Source: Malacoraja senta
Lineage: Eukaryota
Assembly (NCBI GenBank): GCA_038087875.1
Contig: CM075993.1
Span: forward strand, 12,216,001-12,280,000
Direction: 5' to 3'
DNA: 64,000 nt
The first letter of the stretch is position 1, and every line of letters begins with the position of its first letter. Below the pieces are notes generated by a model. That model saw only the letters and a program-made list of their open reading frames with translations, was not told the DNA's origin and did no database searches. Positions 41,495 through 54,676 of this stretch are shown piece by piece. The position numbers and the translations under genes are program-made.

Positions 41495-41911
41495 TTACAG
41501 CGCCAGAAACCTGGGTTTGATCCTGACTACAGGTGCTGTCTGTACGGAGTTTCTACATTCTCCCCGTGACCTGCGTGGGTTTTCACCGTGAGCTCCAGTT
41601 TCCTCCCACACTCCAAAGACATACAGGTTTGTAGGTTAATTGGCTTGGTATAATTGTAAATCCCTTGTATGTATAGGATAGTTTTAATATGCCAGAATCA
41701 CTGGTTGCCACTGACTCGGGCTGAAGGACCTGTTTCCACACTATATTTCTGAACTAAACAAAACTAAACATGAAAGACTAGAAGCTGCTGACTCGAAGGG
41801 CCGAATGGCGACCCGCACCTATTTTCTATGTTTCTAAGGTAGACACAAAATGCTGGAGTAACTCAGCGGGATAGGCAACTCTGGAGAGGAATGGGCAACT
41901 TTTTGGGTCGA

Positions 41912-44900
41912 AACATAGAAACATAGAAAATAGGTGCAGGAGTAGGCCATTCGGCCCTTCGAGCCATTCGGCCCTTCGAGCCATTCAATATGATCATGGC
42001 TGATCATCCAACTCAGTATCCTGTACATGCCTTCTCTCCATACCGCTTGATAACTTTAGCCACAAGGGCCACATCTAACTCCCTCTTCAATATAGCCAAT
42101 GAACTGGCCTCAACTACCTTCTGTGGCAGAGAATTCCAGAGATTCACCACTCTCTGTGTGAAAAATGTATTTCTCATCTCGGTCCTAAAAGATTTTCCCT
42201 TTATCCTTAAACTGTGACCCCTTGTTCTGGACTTCCCCAACATCGGGAACAATCTTCCTGCATCTAGCCTGTCCAACCCCTTAAGAATTTTGTAAGTTTC
42301 TATAAGATCCCCCCTCAATCTTCTAAATTTTAGCGAGTACAAGCCAAGTCTATCCTGTCTTTCTTCATATGAAAGTCCTGACATCCCAGGAATCAGTCTG
42401 GTGAACCTTCTCTGTACTCCCTCTATGACAAGAATGTCTTTCCTCAGATTATGAGACCAAAACTGTATGCAATACTCCAGGTGTGGTCTCACCAAGACCC
42501 TGTACAACTGCAGTAGAACCTCCCTGCTCCTATACTCAAATCCTTTTGCTATGAATGCTAACATACCATTTGCTTTCTTCACTGCCTGCTGCACCTGCAT
42601 GCCTACTTTCAATGACTGGTGTACCATGACACCCAGGTCTCGTTGCATCTCCCCTTTTCCTAATCGGTCACCATTAAGATTATAGTCCACTTTCCTGATT
42701 TTGCCACAAGAGTGGATAACCTCACATTTATCCACATTATACTGCATCTGCCATGCATTTGCCCACTCACCCAGCCTATCCAAGTCATCCTCCACACAGC
42801 TAACATTGCCCCCCAGCTTTGTGTCATCCGCAAACTTGGAGATGTATTCAATTCCCTCGTCCAAATCATTAATATATATTGTAAATAGCTGGGGTCCCAG
42901 CACTGAGCCTTGCGGTACCCCACTAGTCACTGCCTGCCATTCTGAAAAGGACCCGTTTACTCCTACTCTTTGCTTCCTGTCTGCCAGCCAGTTCTCTATC
43001 CACATCAATACTGAACCCCCAATACCGTGTGCTTTAAGTTTGTATACTAATCTCTTATGTGGGACCTTGTCGAAAGCCTTCTGAAAGTCCAGATATAACA
43101 CATCCACTGGTTCTCCCTTATCCACTCTACTAGTCACATCCTCGAAAAATTCTATAAGATTCGTCAGACATGATTTACCTTTCATAAATCCATGCTGACT
43201 TTGTCCAATGATTTCACCACTTTCCAAATGTGCTGCTATCCCATCTTTAATAACTGACTCTAGCAGTTTCCCCATTACCGATGTTAGACTAACTGGTCTG
43301 TAATTCCCTGTTTTCTCTCTCCCTCCCTTTTTAAAAAGTGGGGTTACATTAGCTACCCTCCAATCCTCCGGAACTACTCCAGTATCTAAAAAGTTTTTAA
43401 AAATTATCACTAATGCATCCACTATTTCTGGGGCTACTTCCTTAAGTACTCTGGGATGCAGCCTATCTGGCCCTGGGGATTTATCGGCCTTTAATCCATT
43501 CAATTTACCTAACATCACTTGCCGGCTAACCTTGATTTCACTCAGTTCCTCCATCTCATTTGACCCCCGGTCCCCTGCTATTTCTGGCAGATTATTTATG
43601 TCTTCCTTAGTGAAGACAGAACCAAAGTTGTTATTCAATTGGTCTGCCATTTCCTTGTTCCCCATATCAATTCACCTGTTTCTGACTGCAAGGGACCTAC
43701 ATTTCTTTTAACTAATCTTTTTCTCTTCACATATCTCTAAAACAATTTGCAGTCAGTTTTTATGTTCCCTGCCAGTTTTCTTTCATAATCTATTTTCCCT
43801 TTCCTAATTAAGCCCTTTGTCCTCCTCTGCTTGATTCTGAATTTCTCCCAGTCCTCTGGTAGGCTGCTTTTTCTGGCTAATTTGTATGCCTCATCTTTTG
43901 TTTTGATACTATCCCTGATTTCCCTTGTTATCCACAGATGCACTACCTTCCCTGATTTATTCTTTTGCCAAACTGGGAAGAACAATTGTTGTAGTTCATG
44001 CATGCAGCCTTTAAATGCCTTCCATTGCATATCCACCGTCAACTCTTTAAGAATCAATTGCCAGTCTATCTTGGCCAATTCACGTCTCATACCCTCAAAG
44101 TTACCTTTCTTTAAGTTCAGAAACCTTGTCTCTGAATTAATTATGTCACTCTCCATCCTCATGAAGAATTCAACCATATTATGGTCACTCTTGCCCAAGG
44201 GGCCACGCACAACAAGACTGCTAACTAACCCTTCCTCATTACTCAATACCCAGTCTAGAATAGCCTGCTCTCTCGTTGGTTCCTCTACATGTTGGTTTAG
44301 AAAACTATCCCGTATACAATCCAAGAAATCCTCTTCCTCAGCACCCCGGCCAATTTGATTCACCCAATCTATATGTAGATTGAAGTCACCCATTATAACT
44401 GTTTTACCTTTGTTGCACGCATTTCTAATTTCCTGTTTGATGCCATCCGCAACTCCACTACTACTGTTAGGTGGCCTGTACACAACTCCCACTAGCGTTT
44501 TCTGCCCCTTAGTGTTTCGCAGCTCTACCCATATCGATTCCACATCCTCCAAGCTAATGTCCTTCCTTTCTATTGCGTTAATCTCCTCTCTAACCAGCAA
44601 CGCTACCCCACCTCCTTTTCCTTTCTGTCTATCCCTCCTGAATATTGAAAATCCCTGGATGTTCAGCTCCCAGCCTTGGTCACCCTGTAGCCATGTCTCC
44701 GTGATCCCAGCTATATCATAGTCATTAATAGCTACCTGCACATTCAACTCATCCACCTTATTACGAATGCTCCTTGCATTGAGACACAAAGCCTTCAGGC
44801 TTGTTTTTACAACACTCTTACCCCTTATACAATTATGTTGAAAAGTGGCCCTTTTTGATTTTTGCCCTGGATTTGTCTGCCTGCCACTGTTACTTTTCAC

Positions 44901-46262
44901 CTTGCTACCTATTGCTTCTACCCTCATTTGACACCTCTCTCTGCTCACACATTTAAGAAACCCTTTCCCTTTAACTCCATCCTCGACTATCCCATTTGAC
45001 ACCCCACCCCCCTTATTCAGTTTAAAACCACCCGTGTAGCAGTGGCAAACCTGCTTGCCAGAATGCTGGTCCCCCAGATGTTAAGATGCAATCCGTCCCT
45101 TTTGTACAGTTCCCCCTTACTCCAAAACAGATCCCAGTGATCTAAGAATCTAAATCCCTGCCCCGGGCACCAGTTCCTCAGCCACACATTCAGGTCTCGT
45201 ATCTCCCGGTTCCTGCTCTTGCCAGCACGAGGTACTGGAAGCAAACCGGAGATAACAACCCTGGAGGTCCTGCTTTTCAGCATTTTTCCGAGCACTCTAA
45301 AGTCACGCTGCAGAATATTCATCCCCTTCTTTCCAACATCGTTTGTGCCGACATGCACTACCACTTCCGGCTGTTCACCTTCGCCCTTGAGGATTTTCTG
45401 CACTCTGTCCGTGACATCCTGGATCCTGGCACCAGGAAGGCAGCACACCATCCTCGAATCCCGTCTGTTGCCGCAGAAACCCCTGTCCGTACCTCTAACA
45501 ATGGAGTCTCCAACTACAATGGCATTGCCTGACGTTGGCCTCTTTGGTTTTGGCTCAACAGCCCTTTTTGCTTCGCAAGCCAGACCGCCGCTCAGTGTAA
45601 TAATGTCTTCTGTCCCGACTGCTTCTAAGTGAGTGAACCTGTTCACAAGAGGTACAACACCCGGGGACGTTTGCATTCCATGTTTCCCTCCCTTTCTCAC
45701 CATCACCCACCTTCTCTCTTCCAGTACCTTAGGTGGAACAATCTTACTGTAGGACTGGTCGAGGAACGACTCAGTTTCTCGGACGTACCTGAGGTCATCC
45801 ACTTGCTTCTCCAGTTCCCCAACACAGTCCTTCAGGAGCTGTACCTGGATGCACTTCTCACATTTGTAGCTACCAGAGGCACCAGCAGTGTCCTTGACCT
45901 CCCACATACTGCAAGCATCACACTGAATCAGCTTGCCTGACATCTCCTTCTTTCGTCTCTCCCTCTCCAGCATTTTGCATAGCCTCCTCTTCTCTTGCCT
46001 CCTCGCCGAAGACTCTCAAGCCAAAGACTCACACTTTACTCACAGAGCACTTCCCTCACAAGGCCGCTCCGTCACTGCCACTCCCTAAGAGCTTATATTG
46101 ACTGATAAATTGCCTAATTTACCAATTTTCAAACCAAATTCCTCAGTTTTCAACTGTTTTCCCCCTCTGACTCACTTCTAACTCTCCTCCCACTCGGGCT
46201 AGAGCCAATCAGTGTTTTGTCCTGCTTCTCTTTGTTCCTATTGCTTCCAAATCCACGGGAGC
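41912..46262 (-). mobile_element. Full-length CR1 LINE, TSD TCGA, inserted in a Penelope terminal repeat
   Basis: 5'UTR, ORF1, frameshifted ORF2 (43737-45002 EN; 42013-43665 RT), (TTCTATGT)n tail; TCGA at 41908-41911 and 46263-46266. Confidence 0.95.
45017..45973 (-). CDS. CR1 ORF1p: N-terminal CxxC...CxxC zinc finger, coiled coil, SGNH esterase
   Basis: Open 318-aa frame with VVGDS, PGA, VGTND and DGLH blocks. Confidence 0.9.
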   Translation of the reverse strand: MLERERRKKEMSGKLIQCDACSMWEVKDTAGASGSYKCEKCIQVQLLKDCVGELEKQVDDLRYVRETESFLDQSYSKIVPPKVLEERRWVMVRKGGKHGMQTSPGVVPLVNRFTHLEAVGTEDIITLSGGLACEAKRAVEPKPKRPTSGNAIVVGDSIVRGTDRGFCGNRRDSRMVCCLPGARIQDVTDRVQKILKGEGEQPEVVVHVGTNDVGKKGMNILQRDFRVLGKMLKSRTSRVVISGLLPVPRAGKSRNREIRDLNVWLRNWCPGQGFRFLDHWDLFWSKGELYKRDGLHLNIWGTSILASRFATATRVVLN

Positions 46263-47338
46263 TCGAGACCCTTCTTCAGACTGAAAGTCACGGGTAAGGG
46301 AAAATGAGACATATATACAATGTAGGGAGATATAGCACAATGAATGAAAGATATGTAAAAAAGTAAAGATGATAAAGGAAACAGGCCATTGTTAGCAGTT
46401 TGTGTAAAAAGGAACTGCAGATGCTGGTTTAAACCGAAGATAGACACAAAGAGCTGGAGTAATTCAGCGGCTCTGAGAGAAGGAATGGGTGACGTTTCGG
46501 GTCGAGATCCTTCTTCAAATTGGTTAGGGATAAGGGAAACAAGAGATATATACAGTGATGTAGAGAGATAAAGAACAATGAATGAAAGATATGCAAAAAA
46601 GGTACGATGATAAAGGAAACAGGCCATTGTTAGCAGTTTGTTGGGTGAGAAAGAGAAGCTGGTGTGACTTGTGTGGGGGAGGGATGGAGAGAGAGGGAAT
46701 TCTGGGGTTAATTGAAGTTAGAGAAATCAATATTCATACCACTGGGTTGTAAGTTGCCCAAGCAAAATATGAGATGCTGTTCCTCCAATTTATGTTTAGC
46801 CTCACTGTGGCAATGGAGGAAACCTAGGACAGAAAGGTTAGTGTGGGAATGAGAAGGAGAATTAAAGTGTTTAGCAAGTGGGAGATCAGGTAGGTCCACG
46901 TCTTGGACAACGGATACAGTAGTTGAGGTTGGAGGAGGCGCAAGTGAACCTCTGCCTAACCTGAAAGCACTGTCGGGGTCCCTGGACAGAGTCGAGGGAG
47001 GAGGTATAGCGACAGGTGTTGCATCTTCTGTGATTGCAGGGGAAGGTACCTGGGGAAGGGGTGGTTTGTTTGGGAATGGATGAGTTAACCAGGGAGTTGC
47101 ACGGGGAATGGTCTCTGCGGAAGGTGATAAGTGGGGGAGATGGGAAGGTGTGATCCCGTTGGAGGTGTCAAAAGTGTTGGACGATTATGTGTTGTATGTG
47201 ACGGCTGTTGGGGTGAAAGGTAAGGAGTTGGTGGACTCTGTCCCTGTTGTGACTAGGGGGAGGAGGAGCAAGGGCGGAGCTGCGGGGTACCGAGGCAGCA
47301 CGTGTCAGGGCCTCATCTATGATGGAAGAGGGGAACCG
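46263..47338 (-). mobile_element. Inverted 3' portion of a Penelope (Neptune-like) element
   Basis: HFNSPSHS...LEEQHLIF..GMNIDFS on the minus strand followed by the terminal repeat, which continues at 41836-41911 across the CR1. Confidence 0.85.
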
Positions 47339-47340
47339 AG

Positions 47341-50300
47341 ACCGCCGCGGGCTTCCATCAGTGACTCCGTCGACCCTCGCCGCTCCACGCCCCACCGATG
47401 GGCCGGAGCCATCGCCTCACCAGGCTCAGCACCAGGCCCACAGCCTCCACAATGCCGACTCCCACACCACGTGGCCAGATTTTGCTCCTCCCCCCCCCCC
47501 TCCTACAGGGCACCTCAGTAAGGTAAGTCTTCCTCTTCCCCATCTTTTAACTGGGTTACCCTGACCACCCCCCACCCATACAATAGTCCTCACACCCTCT
47601 TCCTCTGAACACCCACCATCCCCCTACTTGAACCCGTCGTAACCTCTGTCTACTCCCCAGCCCACCTCCAGGGGGCGCCATCCAGTTGGGTATGGCTGCC
47701 CTGCCTGCAGCTGTCCGTCGTTTTGCTTCTTTTTTTAATTTTTAGTATGTTAAATAGTGTTTTGTTTTTGGAGGACTAGTCTTTTTATGTGGGGGGGGGG
47801 GAGGGGGGAAGGGGGAAACTGCTTTTCCTGGGCGGAGAGGCGGGTTTCCTCCGAGCAGCATCTTCGACCCGTCCTCGCGGCCTACAATCGGGTCTGGAGC
47901 AGCCTTTTCTGAGGGGACCGGCCAGAACCACGGCTTCGGCGACGGCACAGCGCTTGAGCGCTATCGCGGAGCGGAGCGGGCGATGCCTTGCCTGGGTCGC
48001 CGCGCTGGAGCTCCGGAATGCTGAGACCGCCGATGAAACTGCGGGTCTGTGCAGCGGCCAGCTGACTTTAACATTGGGAGCCTGGGATCTCTCGCCGAGA
48101 TCACCAGTGGTGGAGCTCCGTCCAGCGTGGCCTGTCGGCTTCGGAGGCCGCGGTCTCCGGTATGGAAGCGGCCGTTCCAGGCATCGCAAGCCGCTGAGAG
48201 GGTTCTCCCGACGCGGCGAGAAGGGCCTGAAACATCGGGCCCCGTAGCAGCGACTGCAGAGGCCGCAATTAGGCCCGACTATAGGTGGACAAGGGGATGG
48301 GACTGGACTTTGTGCCTTCCCTCACAGTGGGAACCATTGTGGGGTGATGTTTTTATGTTTAATGTTAAGTTTCTTAACATAGAAACATAGAAACATAGAA
48401 AATAGGTGCAGGAGGAGGCCATTCGGCCCTTCGAGCCAGCACCGCCATTCATTGTGACCATGGCTGATCATCCTCTATCAATAACCCGTGCCTGCCTTCT
48501 CCCCATATCCCTTGACTCCACTAGCCCCTAGAGCTCTATCTAACTCTCTCTTAAACCCATCCAGTGACTTGGCCTCCACTGCCCTCTATGGCAGGGAATT
48601 CCACAAACTCACAACTCTCTGGGTGAAAACGTTTTTTCTCACCTCAGTCTTAAATGACCTCCCCTTTATTCTAAGACTGTGGCCCCTGGTTCTGGACTCG
48701 CCCAACATTGGGAACATTTTTCCTGCATCTAGCTTGTCCAGTCCAGTTCTTTACAATGTTATGTTGTATTCTTATGAATGTGCTGCAATGGCAACTTAAA
48801 TTTCACTGCACCAATTGGTGCGTGACAATAAATGAACCTTTGAATCTCTAATTCCAACCCCCACCCTGTTGTGTCTTCATCACCCCCCCTGACCTCCCCC
48901 TTTCCTCCACAGAGGCCTCACCTTCGTTCCCCTCCGCACCCACCTCAACGAGTTCCTTGTTCGCCGCAACATGCAGCTTTTCTTCCTCTGCCTCAGTGCC
49001 TTTTTCTATGGGAAGGAGTCCACACTACCCAGTGACGACCCCTTCTCCCGTCTCCACCAGTCCCCCTCCTCTTGGACTCCACCGGACAGCCATCTTTAGA
49101 CCTCTTCATTTCTAACTGCCAATGTGTCATCAACCATCTCAACTTTTCCACTCCCCTTACCGACTCTAACCTCACCCCCTCTGAACTTACAACCCTCTGC
49201 TCACTCTGCAGCAACCCCGACGTTATCATTACACCCGCCAACAAGGGACGTGCCGCAAGCTGACCTCTACCACACTGAGACCAGTCAACAGCTCTTGGAC
49301 ACCTCCTCCCACTGATCCTTGGACCATGATCCCACAGATGAGCACCAGGCCATAATCTCACAGACCTTTTCTGATTTTATCATTTCTGGCTGTCTGCGTT
49401 CCACAGCATCCAACCTTATTGTTTCCCAGCCCCGCACAGCCCAGCTTTACCTTTTCCCCAAAGTCCATAAACACAACTGCCTGAACAGACCGATTGTGTC
49501 TGCCTGCTCCTGTGCCACAGAAAATATATCCACCTACCTTGACTCCATCTTAGCCCCTTGGTCTAATCTCTCCCGACCTATGTCCAAGGTACCTCACACA
49601 CCCTCCGATTCTTCCTCGACCGTAGAACCATCCAATTTCCCTCTAATAACAGCAGAGCTGGTCCTAACCGTTAACAACTTCTCCTTCAATTCCACCCCAT
49701 TCCTCCAAATCAAACGCATAGCTATGTCACTGGCATGGGCTCCAGTTATACCCACCTCTTTGTAGGGTACATTGAACAATCCCTGTTCCAGGCGTACACC
49801 GGCCCTATCCACAAATTCTATCTCTTTACATTGATGACTGCATCGGTGCTACCTCCTGCACCCAATTAGACATCATGGACCAGTAACTTCACCACCAATT
49901 CCCATCCTGCACTCTAATTCACTTGGTCCATCTCCGACACCTCCCTCCCCTTTCTTGATCTCACAGTCTCCATCACCCGTGATAGACTATCGAATGACGT
50001 CCATTACAAACCCGCTGACTCCCACAACTATCTCAACTACACTTCTTCCCATCCTGTTTCCTGCAGACTCTATCCCCTACTCCCAATTCCTCCGTCTATG
50101 CCGTATATGTGCCCAAGATGAGGTGTTCCATACTAGAACATCCAAGATGTCCTCATACTTTAGAGAACAGGAGATCCCCTCTTCCATCTTGCTCCCCCTC
50201 CTCCCAGTCCCCCTAGTCTTTACCTCTCACCCCATCAGCTGTCACATACAACACATAATCCTCCAACAATTTTGCCATCTCCAACGGGATCCCACCAGTC

Positions 50301-50726
50301 ACATTTTCCCATCACCAGCCCTTTCCGCCTTCTGCAGAGACCTTTTCTTCTGTGGTTAACTCATCTCTTCCCGCCCAAACCAGCCCCTTCCCAGGTACCT
50401 ACCCCTGCAACAGCAGGAGATGCAACATCTGTCCCTATACCTCCTCCAAACTTATCTACTGTATCCGATGTTCAACATGTGGACTCTTATACATCAGCGA
50501 AACCAAACGTAGACTGGGCGATCGTTTCACTGAACAGCTTCGCTCAGTCTGCCTGGACCGACCTGATCGACTGGTTGCTTAAACACTTTAATTCTCCTTC
50601 CAATTCCCACACTGATCTTTCTGTCCTAGGCCTCCTCCATTGTCAGAGTGAGGCGAAATGCAAATTGGAGGAACAGCATCTTCGCTTGGGAAGCTTACTA
50701 CCCAGTGGTATTTTGATTTCTCTAAC
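47341..50726 (+). mobile_element. Penelope-like element, Neptune-type (RT, Cys linker, GIY-YIG), degenerate; 3' end resumes at 54628-54676
   Basis: PANKG, RPIVS, YIDD, CNSRRCNICPY, LIYCIRCSTCGLLYISETKR. Confidence 0.9.
47671..48845 (+). mobile_element. GC-rich non-coding retroelement (possibly Rex1-related, non-autonomous) with a CR1 3' end nested at about 48376-48744
   Basis: Interrupts the Penelope element; starts GGGGGCGCC...ATGGCTGCC, ends TGACAATAAA plus a short repeat. Confidence 0.6.
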
Positions 50727-53700
50727 ATAGAAACATAGAAACATAGAAAATAGGTGCAGGAGTAGGCCATTCGGCCCTTCGAGCCTGCACAGCCATTCAA
50801 TATGATCATGGCTGATCATCCAACTCAGTATCCTGTACCTGCCTTCTCTCCATACCCCCTGATCCCTTTAGCGACAAGGGCCACATCTGACTCCCTCTTA
50901 AATATAGCCAATGAACTGGCCTCAACTACCTTCTGTGGCAGAGAGTTCCAGGGATTCACCACTCTCTGTGTGGAAAATGTTTTTCTCATCTCGGTCCTAA
51001 AGGATTTCACCTTTATCCTGAAACTGTGACCCCTTGTCCTGGACTTCCCCAACATCGCGAACAATCTTCCTGCATTTAGCCTGTCCAACCCCTTAAAAAT
51101 TTTGTAAATTTCTATAAGATCCCCCCTCAATCTTCTAAATTCTAGCGAGTACAAGCCGAGTCTATCCAGTCTTTCTTCATATGAAAGTCCTGACATCCCA
51201 GGAATTAGTCGGGTGAACCTTCTCTGTACTCCCTCTATGGCAAGAATGTCTTTCCTCAGATTTGGAAACCAAAACTGTATGCAATACTCCAGGTGTGGTC
51301 TCACCAAGACCCTGTACAACTGCAGTAGAACCTCCCTGCTCCTATACTCAAATCCTTTTGCTATGAATGCTAACATACCATTCACTTTCTTCACTGCCTG
51401 CTGCACCTGCATGCCTACTTTCAATGACTGGTGTACCATGACACCCAGGTCTCGTTGCATCTCCCCTTTTCCTAATCGGCCACCATTTAGATAATAGTCT
51501 ACTTTCCTGTTTTTGCCCCCAAAGTGGATAACCTCACATTTATCCACATTATACTGCATCTGCCATGCATTTGCCCACTCACCCAGCCTATCCAAGTCAC
51601 CTTGCAGCCTCCTAGCATCCTCCTCACAGCTAACACTGCCCCCCAGCTTCATGTCATCTGCAAACTTGGAGATGTTGCATTCAATTCCCTCGTCCAAATC
51701 ATTAATATATATTGTAAACAGCTGGGGTCCCAGCACTGAGCCTTGCGGTACCCCATTAGTCACTGCCTGCCATTCTGAAAAGGACCCGTTTACTCCTACT
51801 CTTTGCTTCCTGTTTTCCAGCCAGTTCTCTATCCACATCAATACTGAACCCCCAATACCGTGTGCTTTAAGTTTGTATACTAATCTCTTATGTGGGACCT
51901 TGTCGAAAGCCTTCTGAAAGTCCAGATACAACACATCCACTGGTTCTCCCTTATCCACTCTACTAGTTACATCCTCGAAAAATTCTATAAGATTTGTCAG
52001 ACATGATTTACCTTTCGTAAATCCATGCTGACTTTGTCCAATGATTTCACCACTTTCCAAATGTGCTGCTATCCCATCTTTAATAACTGATTCTAGCAGT
52101 TTCCCCACTACCGATGTTAGACTAACTGGTCTGTAATTCCCCGTTTTCTCTCTCCCTCCCTTTTACAAAGTGGGGTTACATTAGCTACCTTCCAATCCTC
52201 AGGAACTGCTCCAGTATCAAAAACGTTTTGAAAAATTATCATTAATGCATCCACTATTTCTGGGGCTACTTCCTTAAGTACTCTGGGATGCAGCCTATCT
52301 GGCCTTGGGGATTTATCGGCCTTCAATCCATTCAATTTACCTAACACCACTTCCCGGCTAACCTGGATTTCACTCAGTTCCTCCATCTCATTTGACCTCC
52401 GATCCCCTGCTATTTCCGGCAGATTATTTTTGTCTTCCTTAGTGAAGACAGAACCAAAGTAGTTATTCAATTGGTCTGCCATGTCCTTGTTCCCCATGAT
52501 CAATTCACATGTTTCTGACTGCAAGGGACCTACATTTGTTTTAACTAATCTCTTTCTCTTCACATATCTATAAAAACTTTTGCAGTCAGTTTTTATGTTC
52601 CCTGCCAGTTTTCTTTCATAATCTATTTTCCCTTTCCTAATTAAGCCCTTTGTCCTCCTCTGCTGGACTGAATTTCTCCCAGTCCTCTGGTAGGCTGCTT
52701 TTTCTGGCTAATTTGTACGCTTCATCTTTTGTTTTGATACTATCCCTGATTTCCCTTGTTATCCACGGATGCACTACCTTCCCTGATTTATTCTTTTGCC
52801 AAACTGGGATGAACAATTGTTGTAGTTCATCCATGCAGTCTTTAAATGCCTTCCACCGTCAACCCTTTAAGAATCAATTGCAAGTCAATCTTGGCCAATT
52901 CACGTTTCATACCCTCAAACTTACCTTTCTTTAAGTTCAGAACCCTTGTTTCTGAATTAACAATGTCACTCTCCATCCTAATGAAGAACTCAACCATATT
53001 ATGGTCACTCTTGCCGAAGGGGCCACGCACAACAAGACTGCTAACTAACCCTTCCTCATTACTCAATACCCAGTCTAGAATAACCTGCTCTCTCGTTGGT
53101 TCCTCTACATGTTGGTTTAGAAAACTATCCCGTATACATTCCAAGAAATCCTCTTCCTCAGCACCCCTGCCAATTTGATTCACCCAATCTATATGTAGAT
53201 TGAAGTCACCCATTATAACTGTTTTACCTTTGTTACACGCATTTCTAATTTCCTTTGATGCCGTCCCCAACTCCACTACTACTGTTAGGTGGCCTGTACA
53301 CAACTCCCACTAGCGTTTTCTGCCCCTTAGTGTTTCGCAGCTCTACCCATATCGATTCCACATCCTCCAAGCTAATGTCCTTCCTTTCCATTGCGTTAAT
53401 CTCCTCTCTAACCAGCAACGCTACCCCACCTCCTTTTCCTTTCTGTCTATCCCTCCTGAATATTGAATATCCCTGGATGTTCAGCTCCCAGCCTTGGTCA
53501 CCCTGGAGCCATGTCTCCGTGATCCCAACTATATCATATTCATTAATAGCTATCTGCACATTCAACTCATCCACCTTATTTCGAATGCTCCTTGCATTGA
53601 GACACAAAGCCTTCAGGCTTGTTTTTAACAACGCTCTTACCCCTTATACTATTATGTTGAAAAGTGGCCCTTTTTGATTTTTGCCCTGGATTTGTCTGCC

Positions 53701-54627
53701 TGCCACGTTTACTTTTCACCTTGCTACCTATTGCTTCTACCCTCATTTTACACCCCTCTGTCTCTCTGCTCACACATTTAAGAAACCCACCACCTCTTAT
53801 TCTCTGTATATAATTTATTTCTTCTTTATCCCCTACCTGTCGGGTCTGACTGCGTCCACAGAATCGCCTGGCTGACCCCCTAACTATAGAGTCCCCTAGT
53901 ACTACTGCCCTCCTCTCTTTTCCTTACCCTTCTGAGCAACAGGGCCGGTCTCTGTACCGGAGGCCCGGCCGCTGTCGCTACCCCCAGGTAGGCTGTCCCC
54001 CCCAACAGTACTCAAACAGGAGTACTTATTGTCAAGATGCTCTCTAGTCCCTGCCTTTGCCCCTTGCCCCTTCTAACCGTGACCCACTTGCCTGCCTCCT
54101 GTGGTCTTGGAGTGACCACCTCTCTATAACTCCTCTCTATGACTTCCTCACTCTCCCTGACCAGACGGAGGTCATCGAGCTGCTGCTCCAGGTTCCTAAT
54201 ACGGTCCCTTAGGAGCCCCATCTCAATGCACCTGGCGCAGATGTGGACGTCTGGAAGGCTATCAGATTCCTTGACCTCCCACATCTGACATCCAGAACAG
54301 TAAACTGCCCTGGCCCTCATACTCCTCCTGTACCTAGGATACAATACAAATACAATACAATACAATACAATACAAAGTGCTGGAAGAAATCAGCAGGGAT
54401 CTGACTCCCAATCAGCTGCTTCCTCTAGTCCGCTTCCACCAATCAGCGGCTTCCTCAAGCCCACTTGTTTTGAACTGTAAACTGCGAATGTAACGTTACC
54501 GATTTGGGCTACTCCTCCCTCACCAACAGCTCCAACGGCTCCCAGGCCTCTGTGGATCGAAGCCCCGCAATGGGGTTTTGTACTCACCGCCCGGTCTTTA
54601 CTCCTCCCACTGCAACAGCTCCAATGG
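50727..54627 (-). mobile_element. CR1 LINE with chimeric 5' end, TSD CTAAC
   Basis: RT ORF 50825-52108, EN fragments up to about 53770, ORF1 N-terminus 54012-54320; CTAAC at 50722-50726 and 54628-54632. Confidence 0.92.
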
Positions 54628-54676
54628 CTAACTCCAAGTAACCCCTGCATTCCCTCTCCCCCCATTCCCCCCCACA

